From: a virus
Virus record (IMG/VR): IMGVR_UViG_3300033146_002242
Coordinates: 54,288-118,287 of that record
Length of the DNA stretch: 64,000 nt
Strand: one strand, 5' to 3'
Position 1 is the first letter of the stretch. Every line of letters begins with the position of its first letter. A program made the position numbers and the translations under genes. Shown one piece after another: positions 39,101 to 48,836 of the stretch. The notes under the pieces are model-generated. The model did no database searches and was not told the origin of the DNA. It saw nothing but the letters and a program-made list of their open reading frames with translations.

Positions 39101-40262
39101 TGGAGATGTTTTATTAAAAAAATCTATTGGTGATTTAGATGAATTATTGGGAATTGATGATAGTGATGATGAAGATTTATTAACTGATTTTGCTGATGGT
39201 AAAATGATAAAAAAATCACCCGGTGGTGTTATAGCAAATATAGAAATTTTTTCAAATGATAAACCAGATAAATTTCCTGAATATGTACAAGAAATAATTA
39301 AAAAAACAAATAAAAGATATGGTAATCCAAAATTATCATATCGAAATAAAAAAGGACCTATTCAAGGAACTTTGATTAAATTTTATATTAATCAAGAAAT
39401 GAATCTGATGCACGGCGATAAAATGACAAATCGACATGGTGCAAAAGGTGTTATATCATTAATTGAAAAAGAAGAAAATATGCCTTTAACACCGTGGGGC
39501 GATAAAGTTGAAATTATTCTAAATCCGGTTGGTGTTATCAATAGAATGAATGTTGGTCAATTATTAGAAATGAATATGGGACTTGTTTCTAAAGTTTTAG
39601 CTTTACAAATTTTAAAAAATAAAAACAGTAAATCAACGGTAATTAAAATTATTAAAAATGTATTAAAATTAATTGATAAAACTAATAAACAAGTAATTGT
39701 ATCATCAATAATATCAACCTTAAATGCAATGAGTAGTACTAAATATAAACAATTTATTGAAGAATTAGAATCATATACATTTTTTCCTATTATTATTCCA
39801 CCTTATAAATCTCCTAAAATTGAAGATATTTATAAAGTTTATTCATATTTAAAATTACCAAAAACTTATCATTTATATTTACCAGAATATAAATCAAAAA
39901 CAATTGAGGATGTTGCAGTTGGTTATATTTATTATGAAAAATTAGAACACATAGGTAATTTAAAATTACATAGTAGAAGTACAGGTCCTGTTATAGCTAA
40001 AACAGGTCAACCAACAGCTGGGAAAAGGAAAGGTGGCGGTGTACGTGTTGGTGAATCAGATGTTTATGCATTATTAGCCCATAATAGTACAACTGTTGTT
40101 AATGAATTGTTTGGGGCAATGTCTGATGGGGCACAGTCTAAAAACGAAGAAATTTCCAACATATTAATGAATGGGCATACTAAATATGTTCATCAAAAAT
40201 CATCACCAACTGGTAATTTATTAAGAGCTTATTTAGTTGCTATGATGATTGAAAAGGGATAA
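36135..40262 (+). CDS. rpoB: RNA polymerase beta subunit with ~400-aa N-terminal extension
   Basis: GTFFING, DPVDTPEG, NDGNRVMFGSGQMKQAVPL, GYNFEDG, GDKMTNRHGAKGVIS, NRMNVGQ, KLEH..KLHSRS, GGVRVGESD. Confidence 0.95.
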   Translation: MISFDNAKIYKIYNGFRFYQHPKNPYFITYLSENSSFLKDYHNLNISRIDVKNIVMPITKIPRSYPSSQDRQLYKKYKLYLSSPRKLPTGKNVIFDISKYLYLIDSTYKPMTYRQKAGKMIQNIVRDAFYQVPSNYEKILMYSVRVDKDFNPSYINRKIFLFLEEIHDNNFPYDHFILCLISENNVYYRILIKNREYFFNRLKQYIKNIREIDVEKESEENEEREKLSQDIIKKITNNIEPKNKDVIKNVLADFIEQHPEEVEKIVKDDVENNKSVSASTAYDLVSIAILVQNNRNIEKSKKIVQNTNKNPLEKFKKIEKQFVDEIIPIQKPTVDNDSVLYEKVKIADSVDNIGPDHIFEKRKKDFTQNLKKDIALTFKSLDNRDVPLKIQSVKFENSPDQSHNLNKSDITVAVITLFDKKGKNHTVRIQIPKINKDGTFFINGKRKCLINQIYQLPIQFPKPFEAKFESSYSMFYIYSKHLAKVNYLQIFMGTYKLPLSIVMFYGFGFDIVLKKFDIKYMVQDEAPPKDTKYVLKIDGKYYIFHNIHKEVQIQFINSLLREDLNGIANDSIELFSKAFFSKFIIKDTGRVNSVYLIQNNFDNIVDNISKSILASKGYPTKLADIMYYMSVGAVEGYTIKRNDLDNQRIRSSEIISHLLQKEVLTAYTIYKEKYLAGNEDAKFEMAETKLLSEFSMAEIVANMEYANPIEELSVMTRVSPIGKNIGGVPNKDTITLEGRSLHKTYFGNIDPVDTPEGPGVGVTQHLAIGAAISTSRGLFSEQKDAMKKPTTTISTTTAMIPFMQNNDGNRVMFGSGQMKQAVPLKNPEPPIVQTGYESILTHNLSDNFIKRSECSGKVLKITDSQIFIQCKDSKKIEKIDLTPVHLSSGSGRDTLSEFNVVVKEGQTVKQNQRIAEGASIKDGFLSLGRNLCAAFMSWKGYNFEDGIVVNESVIKNEKLKSLHGMVEEVQLSKKDKILDIIKIGTHTKHGDVLLKKSIGDLDELLGIDDSDDEDLLTDFADGKMIKKSPGGVIANIEIFSNDKPDKFPEYVQEIIKKTNKRYGNPKLSYRNKKGPIQGTLIKFYINQEMNLMHGDKMTNRHGAKGVISLIEKEENMPLTPWGDKVEIILNPVGVINRMNVGQLLEMNMGLVSKVLALQILKNKNSKSTVIKIIKNVLKLIDKTNKQVIVSSIISTLNAMSSTKYKQFIEELESYTFFPIIIPPYKSPKIEDIYKVYSYLKLPKTYHLYLPEYKSKTIEDVAVGYIYYEKLEHIGNLKLHSRSTGPVIAKTGQPTAGKRKGGGVRVGESDVYALLAHNSTTVVNELFGAMSDGAQSKNEEISNILMNGHTKYVHQKSSPTGNLLRAYLVAMMIEKG

Positions 40263-40264
40263 AA

Positions 40265-40864
40265 ATGGATACTAATAAAGAAATAGAAAATAATTTTTTT
40301 ATAAGTGGATATACACTAGGAGATGTTTCAGAAATAGATGAAGAAGATATTGAATTAAAAAGAGAAGCTGGTGTATATGCTTATGATGGTTATAATTTTA
40401 TAGATGCATTTGATGATCCAAATTTTGAATCTATTTTTTATTTAACATATGAATTAATAAAAGAATTTTCTCTTAATGATTTAAGAATTATTTGTCGGGA
40501 TTTAATAGATTTAGTTTTTAAAAAATTTGAATATCAAATAGTACCAACACCTGTATTTGGTACATTTGGTGATGTGGATGAATTTTTAGATTTTATTAAA
40601 TTTTTAAAATTTGATAATGTTAGTTTTTTATTTGATTTAATAACTGATATGAATTTAGATATAAAAAAAGTTGTTGAATTAAAAGATTTGAATTCTTTAG
40701 GACATTTACGAATTATTAATCATATTGAACATATTTCATTTAAATATAAGTATAATAAATATATTTATAATTATATAATTTCACATGCAAAAAAACCATT
40801 TATTAAATGGATAAATCAAATATTCATCGATAATAAATCAGATGTTTTATTAGAACTAATTTAA
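40265..40864 (+). CDS. hypothetical protein in RNAP operon
   Basis: ORF track. Confidence 0.65.
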   Translation: MDTNKEIENNFFISGYTLGDVSEIDEEDIELKREAGVYAYDGYNFIDAFDDPNFESIFYLTYELIKEFSLNDLRIICRDLIDLVFKKFEYQIVPTPVFGTFGDVDEFLDFIKFLKFDNVSFLFDLITDMNLDIKKVVELKDLNSLGHLRIINHIEHISFKYKYNKYIYNYIISHAKKPFIKWINQIFIDNKSDVLLELI

Positions 40865-40877
40865 GTCAAGGAGAATT

Positions 40878-41159
40878 ATGATGGCTGATGTTAAAGAAGT
40901 AAATAAAGAACAAGTAATTGAAATTAATGATGCTGGATCTAGTTTTACAATTGATCGAGCTTGTATGAAAAATTGTACTGAAACACCAGATGGTTTTTCT
41001 ATTCAGTTATTAAATGGTCTAATGATTTTATATGAAAATACTAATATGCCAGCTACTTCTAGAAAAGCTGTTGTGCATGCATTGTTGCAATATGTAACTG
41101 TTAAAAAAATTACAATTAATTTGAGAGATTATATTAAACCAGTTAAAATTGTAGCTTAA
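40878..41159 (+). CDS. hypothetical protein in RNAP operon
   Basis: AGGAG RBS. Confidence 0.65.
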   Translation: MMADVKEVNKEQVIEINDAGSSFTIDRACMKNCTETPDGFSIQLLNGLMILYENTNMPATSRKAVVHALLQYVTVKKITINLRDYIKPVKIVA

Positions 41160-41341
41160 TTTTAAAATTTACCCGTTGCTATATATATTTAATTTTAAAT
41201 AAACATCTTATTTAAAAATTATATCGTTTTATTTTCTATTCTGTAATATTTGCAGAATAGAAAATAAAACAAAAACATTATTTAAAATATATTTGTAACA
41301 GGGTATTATTTTTTTCTTTTTAATTTTTTAAAGGAGTTGAA

Positions 41342-42391
41342 ATGAGTAAAGTTGATTTAGGTAAATATTTAAACATGGGTGATGTAAATCCAAACACAGA
41401 ATTACGAGAAAATGAACCTAAAAATGATGTTCCACCAGAAGAAGAATTATTTCATGCTATTTATATTAGTGGGAAAACACGTACAGAACCAACTTTAAAT
41501 AATAAGAAAATTTATGGTGGTTTTTTACAAGTACGTGGTGTGGAATATAATTTAGAAGAAGTTTATATGATGCCATATTATAAAAGAAGTTTATTGGTTA
41601 AAAATGAAAAAATTGGAAAATATGATTCCACAGTTTGTTTTTCATTTTTTGATTTTGATGAAAAAGGAAATCAAATTTCGACTAGTGGATTTCCATGTCC
41701 ACCAACTTCACCTGATAGGAAAGAAGTATCTTGGTGTAATAATTGTAAAATGCATATTGTTATTATTGGTTTTCTATGTGATGAAAATGGTAAAGTAAAA
41801 AGGGATTCAGATGGAAACCCATTCAATGTATTTCTCCGTGTTAGTGGTTCAAAAGTCGGAGATGTGATGAAATATTTATTTGAATGTAAGGAATTAGAAG
41901 TTCCTTATTTATTTCCTGATGGAAATGAAGAAGCTAAAAAACAGGAAATTGAATATTTTAATATTTTGAGAAGATGTATTAAAATTACTGTGGAAGAAAC
42001 TCCTACTTATGTAGATGGTGCATATGATCAGAATAAAATGAGATATGCATATAAGCTTGAAGGTATGAGCGAATTACCACCTGAAAGTATTTTCAAATTA
42101 CTTGATTATGCAGAAAATCTTGATGAAGAAATTAGAGAAAAATTTGATTGGTCTGAAAAAGCTAAAAAGAATGTTAAAAAAATTAAACAAAAATTGCAAT
42201 CATTTCAAGCATCTCCTATTTTTAGAGATGCAAATCCCGATTTTAAACCAAGTGGTGGAGCCCAATTTATGACATTTGATGATCCACCAGTTACACCACC
42301 ATCTAAATCAAATAAAGAATCAACATCGCAAGCATCATCATTTTCATCTGAAAATAATAATGATTTTGATCCAGATGATATTCCATTTTAA
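41342..42391 (+). CDS. putative single-stranded DNA-binding/annealing protein
   Basis: low-complexity linker and acidic C-terminal DDIPF tail; Cys cluster. Confidence 0.55.
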   Translation: MSKVDLGKYLNMGDVNPNTELRENEPKNDVPPEEELFHAIYISGKTRTEPTLNNKKIYGGFLQVRGVEYNLEEVYMMPYYKRSLLVKNEKIGKYDSTVCFSFFDFDEKGNQISTSGFPCPPTSPDRKEVSWCNNCKMHIVIIGFLCDENGKVKRDSDGNPFNVFLRVSGSKVGDVMKYLFECKELEVPYLFPDGNEEAKKQEIEYFNILRRCIKITVEETPTYVDGAYDQNKMRYAYKLEGMSELPPESIFKLLDYAENLDEEIREKFDWSEKAKKNVKKIKQKLQSFQASPIFRDANPDFKPSGGAQFMTFDDPPVTPPSKSNKESTSQASSFSSENNNDFDPDDIPF

Positions 42392-42418
42392 CTAATTTAT
42401 TTAATTAGTATATTTAAT

Positions 42419-42453
42419 TCCCCTCCCCTTAATCTTTAAGGGGAGGGGGTTTT
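42419..42453 (+). terminator. intrinsic terminator
   Basis: CCCCTCCCCTTA/TAAGGGAGGGGG + T-run. Confidence 0.75.
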
Positions 42454-42481
42454 TGCGTGAAAACAAAAAACTAAAAGGGAG

Positions 42482-43678
42482 TTGTTAATGCAAAAAACTG
42501 AAATGACCTATGCATCACGTTTGGGCATGCCTATATTACAAATTAATCAGATTAAAAAAATTATTTTTGAAGATATAAGAAGAAGTATTGAAAATAATAA
42601 ATTAGATGAAGAAAAACAATGCTTTCATATAGTAGGTCCTGCCGGGGTAGGTAAGACTCAAATTACATTTCAGATTGCAGAAGAATTGACGGAATATTTT
42701 AAAAAACCTTTTCATATAAAAAAAATTAATGCACCTGTTTTATCCAGAGATGATTTTTTGATTCCATATCCAACATCGGATTCTGATTTTAAAATGTTAT
42801 ATTCTAATTATATTCCAAAAGAAGATGAACAATATGGTATTTTTGTTATTGATGAAGCTTCACGTGGAGATCAACAATTACAACAAATGATGTGGCAAGT
42901 ACAAAATGAATGTCAGTTACACACCTATAAATTTCCAAAAGGATGGTTTGTCATATCTATTGATAATCCTGATGATGATAATTATCAATTAAATAATATG
43001 GAAGATGCCGCTGGACTTCGTAGATGTTTACATTTTTATACAAAAGTTTCTACAAAGGCATTTTTAAATCATGCTTTAAAAAATAATTTTCATAAACATG
43101 TTATTGGTTATTTGAAATCACACCCTGAAAAATTATATGACTTTGATGGTCAAAAACAAGGAAGAATTTTTGCTAATCCAGCTTCATGGGAAAAAGTGTC
43201 AAATCATTTATATAAATATGATAGTGATATGACAAATAATATTCCTTTAATAGAAGCATTATGTGCGGGATTGTTAAATATATATGAAGGTAAACAATTC
43301 TGTGATTATCTTCGTAATGCAAGTGGTGTTGTAATCAAACCTTATGATATTTATAATAAATACAAATCTGTTCAAAAATATATTAAAAATTACACCAAAG
43401 ATGGAATGAATGACAAATTGTATGAAATTCTTACATCTTTTATTAATTATCTTTGTGATGAACAACCCGAACAAACATATACTAGAGTCATCAATACATT
43501 GAATTTTTTAATGGATCTTCCAGCTGATATAGCGGCTGGATTTGTTACACATTTAAATAATCTGACATTGGGATCAAAAGAACATTTGTATATTATGAGT
43601 TTATTAGTTGCTATGAATAATGAAAGTCAAGATTTTAAAAATAACTTTTTTGACAAATTAATTAATTTAGGTAAATAA
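42482..43678 (+). CDS. MoxR-like AAA+ ATPase
   Basis: GPAGVGKT, FVIDEASRG, AGLRR, ANPASWEKV. Confidence 0.8.
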   Translation: MLMQKTEMTYASRLGMPILQINQIKKIIFEDIRRSIENNKLDEEKQCFHIVGPAGVGKTQITFQIAEELTEYFKKPFHIKKINAPVLSRDDFLIPYPTSDSDFKMLYSNYIPKEDEQYGIFVIDEASRGDQQLQQMMWQVQNECQLHTYKFPKGWFVISIDNPDDDNYQLNNMEDAAGLRRCLHFYTKVSTKAFLNHALKNNFHKHVIGYLKSHPEKLYDFDGQKQGRIFANPASWEKVSNHLYKYDSDMTNNIPLIEALCAGLLNIYEGKQFCDYLRNASGVVIKPYDIYNKYKSVQKYIKNYTKDGMNDKLYEILTSFINYLCDEQPEQTYTRVINTLNFLMDLPADIAAGFVTHLNNLTLGSKEHLYIMSLLVAMNNESQDFKNNFFDKLINLGK

Positions 43679-45085
43679 ATGTATGAATCTATAGATGATT
43701 TATTAGCATCATTAACAATGAAATCATCCTTTTGGGCAATGTGCTTGTCTAAAATAAAAAAACAAGCAAATACTCAAAAATTACCAGATTTTATTGTTGG
43801 TGTCGGTGCAGATTCAAATGGAGATTTATTTTTAGAATATGATTTTGATAATTTAAATCAATTTGATGATGTGGCTATAAATAGTTTTTTAAGACATGAA
43901 GTAGAACATTTATTAAATAATCATATTACTAGGGGAAATGAATTAAAATTAGATGCATATAATTTTGATTTATTTTCTATAGCTGCTGATATGGCTATTA
44001 ATTGTAATAACCCAGAATTGAAAGAAGAATATATATTGAATGGTAAACCTTTTAAACCATATTTTCCAAAAAATTATGGTTTTGAAAATGGTTTATTAGC
44101 GGAAGAATATTTTAATTTATTAAAACAAAAAAATCCATCTGAATTGGGTTTAAATCCACCAGATAATGAATCTGAGGAATCACAAGAAAATGGTGAAAAC
44201 TCACCATCAAACAATGGTGATGAATCTACATCAAAGGAAAATGGTGAAAACTCACCATCTAATAATGATTCATCAGATGAAAATAATAATCAAAACAATA
44301 CAGAAAATAGTAGTCAATTAAATTCTCAACAATCTCATCAAGTTTGGAAAAATTCATCTGATGATCCGACTATGGAATTTATTATTGATAATAGTATACG
44401 AAATTTGGTTGATACAACTGCAAAAGATTATCATAAAGCATTTGGTTCATTACCGGGTGATATTGAAGAAAAAATAAATCAATTATTAAAACCACCTAAA
44501 CTTCCATACTACTATTTGATTAAACGATATGTAATAGGTAGTAGGTTGGGCAAAGAAAAAATTTCATATTCAAAAATTAATAGAAAAAGAATGTTTATTT
44601 TTTCTAAAGAAAATAAATTAAAAAATATATCATACATACCCCCATTTCCAAGTCATAAAAAAGATAAAACTTTTTATATAGGGGTATTGTTAGATACATC
44701 TGCTTCAATTCCAATTGATGATGATGGTATTTATGAAGCATTGAGTGGTGTTGAAAGTATAATAAAAGATGATAAATTATCAAAAATAATATTAATTCAA
44801 AATGATACAAAAATTATAGAAGAAAAGGAAATTAAACATATTAGAGATATTAATCGAATTGTTATCAAAGGGCGGGGTGGTACTAATCTATTACCCGGTT
44901 TACATAGATTTAAAGAGTTGAAAACTGATGTTGTTATAGTATTTACTGATGGATTTTTTCAAGATTTATCACAATATATTTATTCATTACCTAAAAAAAT
45001 TATTTGGGTATTACCCGAAAATAAATCAACAACTAGAAATATTGGAAAGGTGGGTCATATAGTTGAATTTCCAGTTAAAAAATAA
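43679..45085 (+). CDS. HExxH metallopeptidase-like + vWA domain protein (DUF2201 type)
   Basis: LRHEVEH, AADMAIN, LDTSASI MIDAS, GRGGT, FTDG. Confidence 0.8.
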   Translation: MYESIDDLLASLTMKSSFWAMCLSKIKKQANTQKLPDFIVGVGADSNGDLFLEYDFDNLNQFDDVAINSFLRHEVEHLLNNHITRGNELKLDAYNFDLFSIAADMAINCNNPELKEEYILNGKPFKPYFPKNYGFENGLLAEEYFNLLKQKNPSELGLNPPDNESEESQENGENSPSNNGDESTSKENGENSPSNNDSSDENNNQNNTENSSQLNSQQSHQVWKNSSDDPTMEFIIDNSIRNLVDTTAKDYHKAFGSLPGDIEEKINQLLKPPKLPYYYLIKRYVIGSRLGKEKISYSKINRKRMFIFSKENKLKNISYIPPFPSHKKDKTFYIGVLLDTSASIPIDDDGIYEALSGVESIIKDDKLSKIILIQNDTKIIEEKEIKHIRDINRIVIKGRGGTNLLPGLHRFKELKTDVVIVFTDGFFQDLSQYIYSLPKKIIWVLPENKSTTRNIGKVGHIVEFPVKK

Positions 45086-45099
45086 GGATTTTAAAAATT

Positions 45100-46887
45100 A
45101 TGTCTGAATATAATTCTAATCATATTAGTGTTTTGGATGGATTGTCGCATGTACAATTAAATCCAAATATGTATATTTCAACAACTGAGAACCCCTGTCA
45201 TTTAATTGAAGAAGCATTTGATAATGCTTTAGATGAAGCATTAGCAGGATATGCTGATATTATAGGTATTGCTATTGATACTAGTACAGGTAAATGTATT
45301 ATTATTGATAATGGCAGGGGTATTCCAATTGATAATGATACACCTAAAACAATTTCTACCCAATTGTTTTCAGGTGGTAAATTTAAGGGGAAGAAATATG
45401 CTTATGAAATAAGTGCTGGTACACATGGTATAGGGTTGGTTGCTATTTTTGCATTATCAAAAAAATATATTATTGAAATTTATAGAGATAAAAAACATGT
45501 TAAATATTCAAAAAAAGGTAATGATTTTATAAAAATTGTTGAAGAAGATTTTATTGAAGATACACCATATTCTACTAAAATTGAATTCATAGCTTCAAAA
45601 AAATATTTTGCTGATATTATTCCCGATATTGATAGAATCAGAAGAAGGATGGTTACAGCATCAGTTGAATTACCCAATGTTAAGTTTTTATTACAAATAG
45701 ATAAAAATAAAGAATTGATTCATTATGATTTAAAAGATTTTTTTGAAAAAGAAGTTTTAAATAATAAATTAGATAATATATCTGATATTGTTACATTGTC
45801 TACTTCTAAAAAAAATGAAAAATTATCAATAACATTTTGTTATGATTTTGAAGGAAATTCAACACCAAAATATCTATCATCGGTAAATATTTTACCAGTT
45901 AAAAATGGTGGAAATCACATTAATTTTATTAATGAAATTATTAAAAATTATTTTGTTTCAAAAGCAAAAAATAATTATCAGTTTAATCCAACTGATACTT
46001 TATCAGGATTAAGATGTTATGTATCTTTGTATATAAAGGATCCTAAATTAAAAGGGCAATCTAAAGAAAGTTTAGAAAGCACCAAAGAAGATTTAAATCA
46101 TTTATTATCTGATTTTCAAAATCAATTTGTTTCTTATTTTAATAAAAATTCAGAATATGTAACATTTTTATTGGAGCATTTTCATAATTATCGAAAAAAG
46201 ATAAATATGAAAAAAATGAAAATATCAAATTCTAATAAAGGACGCGGCTTAAAAAAATTTACTAAATTGAGAGATTGTCAATCTAGAGTAGGAGAGTTGT
46301 TTATTGTTGAAGGTGATTCTGCCGCAGGTGGTATTATACAAGCGAGGGATCCTAAAACAGTAGCAGTTTTACCATTAAAAGGTAAAATAGCGTCAATAAC
46401 AAATAAAAAAAATATTTTAGAAAATAAAGAAATTGGTGAAATGATAAGTGCATTTGGAACTGGTATAGAACCTGATTTTAATATGGATAATTTTAGATAT
46501 GATAAAATTATTTGTTGTTGTGATGCTGATGCTGATGGTGGCCATATCGCTACCTTGTTAACAATGAATATAGCTATGTTAACCCCTGAAATAATCAAAC
46601 AGGGTCATTATTACATAGCACATACCCCATTATATGCAATCAATGAAAAGAAGGTATTTATTCCTCTATGGACACCTGAAGAGTTGGAAAAAGCCATAAA
46701 AGATAATAGAAAAATAACGAGATACAAAGGATTGGGTGAATTAAATACAAGTGATTTAAAAACATGTTTATTAGATAATAAAACTCGGAAATTATTTAAA
46801 GTACAATGGACTGATAAATTAGACAAATTAGTATCTTTATTAAATAATGTTGCTGATAAAAGAAAATTGTTAAAGGGGAATTTTTAA
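45100..46887 (+). CDS. type IIA topoisomerase ATPase/TOPRIM subunit (GyrB/ParE-like)
   Basis: EAFDNALDE, DNGRGIP, GTHGIG, LFIVEGDSA, PLKGK, DADADGGHI, RYKGLGE. Confidence 0.92.
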   Translation: MSEYNSNHISVLDGLSHVQLNPNMYISTTENPCHLIEEAFDNALDEALAGYADIIGIAIDTSTGKCIIIDNGRGIPIDNDTPKTISTQLFSGGKFKGKKYAYEISAGTHGIGLVAIFALSKKYIIEIYRDKKHVKYSKKGNDFIKIVEEDFIEDTPYSTKIEFIASKKYFADIIPDIDRIRRRMVTASVELPNVKFLLQIDKNKELIHYDLKDFFEKEVLNNKLDNISDIVTLSTSKKNEKLSITFCYDFEGNSTPKYLSSVNILPVKNGGNHINFINEIIKNYFVSKAKNNYQFNPTDTLSGLRCYVSLYIKDPKLKGQSKESLESTKEDLNHLLSDFQNQFVSYFNKNSEYVTFLLEHFHNYRKKINMKKMKISNSNKGRGLKKFTKLRDCQSRVGELFIVEGDSAAGGIIQARDPKTVAVLPLKGKIASITNKKNILENKEIGEMISAFGTGIEPDFNMDNFRYDKIICCCDADADGGHIATLLTMNIAMLTPEIIKQGHYYIAHTPLYAINEKKVFIPLWTPEELEKAIKDNRKITRYKGLGELNTSDLKTCLLDNKTRKLFKVQWTDKLDKLVSLLNNVADKRKLLKGNF

Positions 46888-47180
46888 TGAAAAATTTTGA
46901 TATAAAAAATATATCAAAACCTGATTGGAAATTACATGAAGGTGGTATATCAGTTTGTGATGCAAATAATCAATTAGTTGCATCTTGTGGTTTTTTACCA
47001 AAAAAATCTATTTTTGAATCAAAAGCAAATGCTAAATTAATTAGCATGTCTCCAAAAATGTTTAAAGAAATTGAAAAAGCAATTGGATGGATTGAAAAAT
47101 TTCATTTACCTGATAATATGAAACCAAATTGGTATATTAGTATGAAAAAAATATGTGATGAACTTTATAAAGGAGATTGA
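46887..47180 (+). CDS. hypothetical protein
   Basis: ORF between topoisomerase genes. Confidence 0.55.
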   Translation: MKNFDIKNISKPDWKLHEGGISVCDANNQLVASCGFLPKKSIFESKANAKLISMSPKMFKEIEKAIGWIEKFHLPDNMKPNWYISMKKICDELYKGD

Positions 47181-47181
47181 A

Positions 47182-47472
47182 ATGAAAAAATTAGATATTA
47201 AATGGGGTTGTATGATATGTTTTTTCTGTGGTGTATTGGGAAATACTTTTTTTAATTCAGCAGTAGATGCCATCACAAATCACGGATGGAAAAACTATTT
47301 GATAGGTTTTATATTTTTGGTAGTTTGTTTAATATTTGTTGGATTAAATGTTTATGTATTAACATTTCTTGATAAAAGTTATATTTCGTGGGGAGTCTTA
47401 CACGAACAAAAATTAAAACAATATGCAGGAAAAAAATTTAATGAACGATTGAGAAAATATGATAGTGATTAA
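47182..47472 (+). CDS. small membrane protein
   Basis: AAGGAG RBS, two hydrophobic segments. Confidence 0.55.
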   Translation: MKKLDIKWGCMICFFCGVLGNTFFNSAVDAITNHGWKNYLIGFIFLVVCLIFVGLNVYVLTFLDKSYISWGVLHEQKLKQYAGKKFNERLRKYDSD

Positions 47473-47483
47473 GGAGTAATTTA

Positions 47484-48836
47484 ATGACAGAAACTATTAT
47501 TGACATGTATGATTTTATAACTTCTAGTTATAAAGAATATGGCGATCAAGTAAATAAAAATAGAATGATGACTTTATCTATTGATGGGTTGAAACCTGTC
47601 GAAAGAAGAGTTTTAATGTCAGCATACAATATTGCCCGACATAAAATGGTGAAAAGTGTCCAAGTAGATGGATATTGTCTTGGACATTATCATCCACATT
47701 CTATGTGTTATGGCACAATTGTTCAAATGGTTAAACAAGGATTTTTAGAAGGGCAAGGGCAATTTGGGTCGAACATAGGTACAGATCCAACAGGTCCTGC
47801 CGCATCGAGATATACCGAATGTAAATTATCAAATGATACAGAAAAAATGGCATTTGAATTAATAAATTATGTACCGTTTTTTGATTCTGAAATATCATCT
47901 GAAATAAAAGAACCATTATACTTACCAACAAAATATCCGTTTTGCTTAATAGGCAATACACCATCTGGTGGGATTGGTTTTGGGTATGCTGCTTTAATCC
48001 CATGTTATAAAAAATCAGATTTAAAAAAACGATTGATGTGGTTATTAAAAAAGCGAAAAACAGAACCTATTATATGCCCTATTACTGATTGTGATGTTTT
48101 AAGTGATAATAAAACTTTACAACAGTTATTGACTACCGGCAAGGCTTCTTTGGAATACAAGGGTAGGTATGAAATTGATAAAATAAAATATAATATTATT
48201 TGTAAATCATTGCCACCAAAAGTTTCATTTCAAAAAATATATGAAAAATTGCAGAAAAAATATAAAGATTTAGCAATTATTGATTTATCATGTGATGAAC
48301 ATGGTACACAAGTAGTGTATTATTTAGATAGAGTTAGAAATCAATCACAATTGTTTAATGAATTAGTTGATGATTTTGATAAAATTATTTCTCGCAATGT
48401 TAGTTTTGAAAATAATCAGATAAAATATAGCGATACTGATAATATTGATGATATGTATTTATGTTGTATGGGTATTGATGAAATGATATTATCAACGTTT
48501 GAAAAATATGAAAATAATTTTGATAAAATGTTGTCGCATCAAATAACTATAAGAGAACATAAAATAAAGAATTTGATTGTATTAGCCAAAATAAAAAAAG
48601 TTCTGCCAAAATATTTAGAAAAAATTAAAATAAATCCAGATGAAGTAATTGAAAAAATATCAAAAGAAATAAATATTTCTATTGATACCCTAAATAAGAT
48701 TTTTAATAAATATACTATTATGAAATTATTGAAGATACAAGTTGATTCTGATAAATTAAAACATGAGATAAAAAATTTAAGAGATATCAAAACCAACTTA
48801 AGACAACACATAATAGAGGTGGAATATAATGATTGA
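47484..48836 (+). CDS. type IIA topoisomerase breakage-reunion subunit (T4 gp52/GyrA-like, no CTD)
   Basis: DGLKPVERR, YHPH, AASRY catalytic Tyr, GIGFGY. Confidence 0.9.
   Translation: MTETIIDMYDFITSSYKEYGDQVNKNRMMTLSIDGLKPVERRVLMSAYNIARHKMVKSVQVDGYCLGHYHPHSMCYGTIVQMVKQGFLEGQGQFGSNIGTDPTGPAASRYTECKLSNDTEKMAFELINYVPFFDSEISSEIKEPLYLPTKYPFCLIGNTPSGGIGFGYAALIPCYKKSDLKKRLMWLLKKRKTEPIICPITDCDVLSDNKTLQQLLTTGKASLEYKGRYEIDKIKYNIICKSLPPKVSFQKIYEKLQKKYKDLAIIDLSCDEHGTQVVYYLDRVRNQSQLFNELVDDFDKIISRNVSFENNQIKYSDTDNIDDMYLCCMGIDEMILSTFEKYENNFDKMLSHQITIREHKIKNLIVLAKIKKVLPKYLEKIKINPDEVIEKISKEINISIDTLNKIFNKYTIMKLLKIQVDSDKLKHEIKNLRDIKTNLRQHIIEVEYND

Noticed and set aside
44186-44259. Two palindromic 23-nt repeats (GAAAATGGTGAAAACTCACCATC) with a 28-nt spacer, superficially a mini-CRISPR
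   Set aside because: 51-nt period, in frame, encoding an ENGENSPSNN duplication in the low-complexity linker of the vWA protein.
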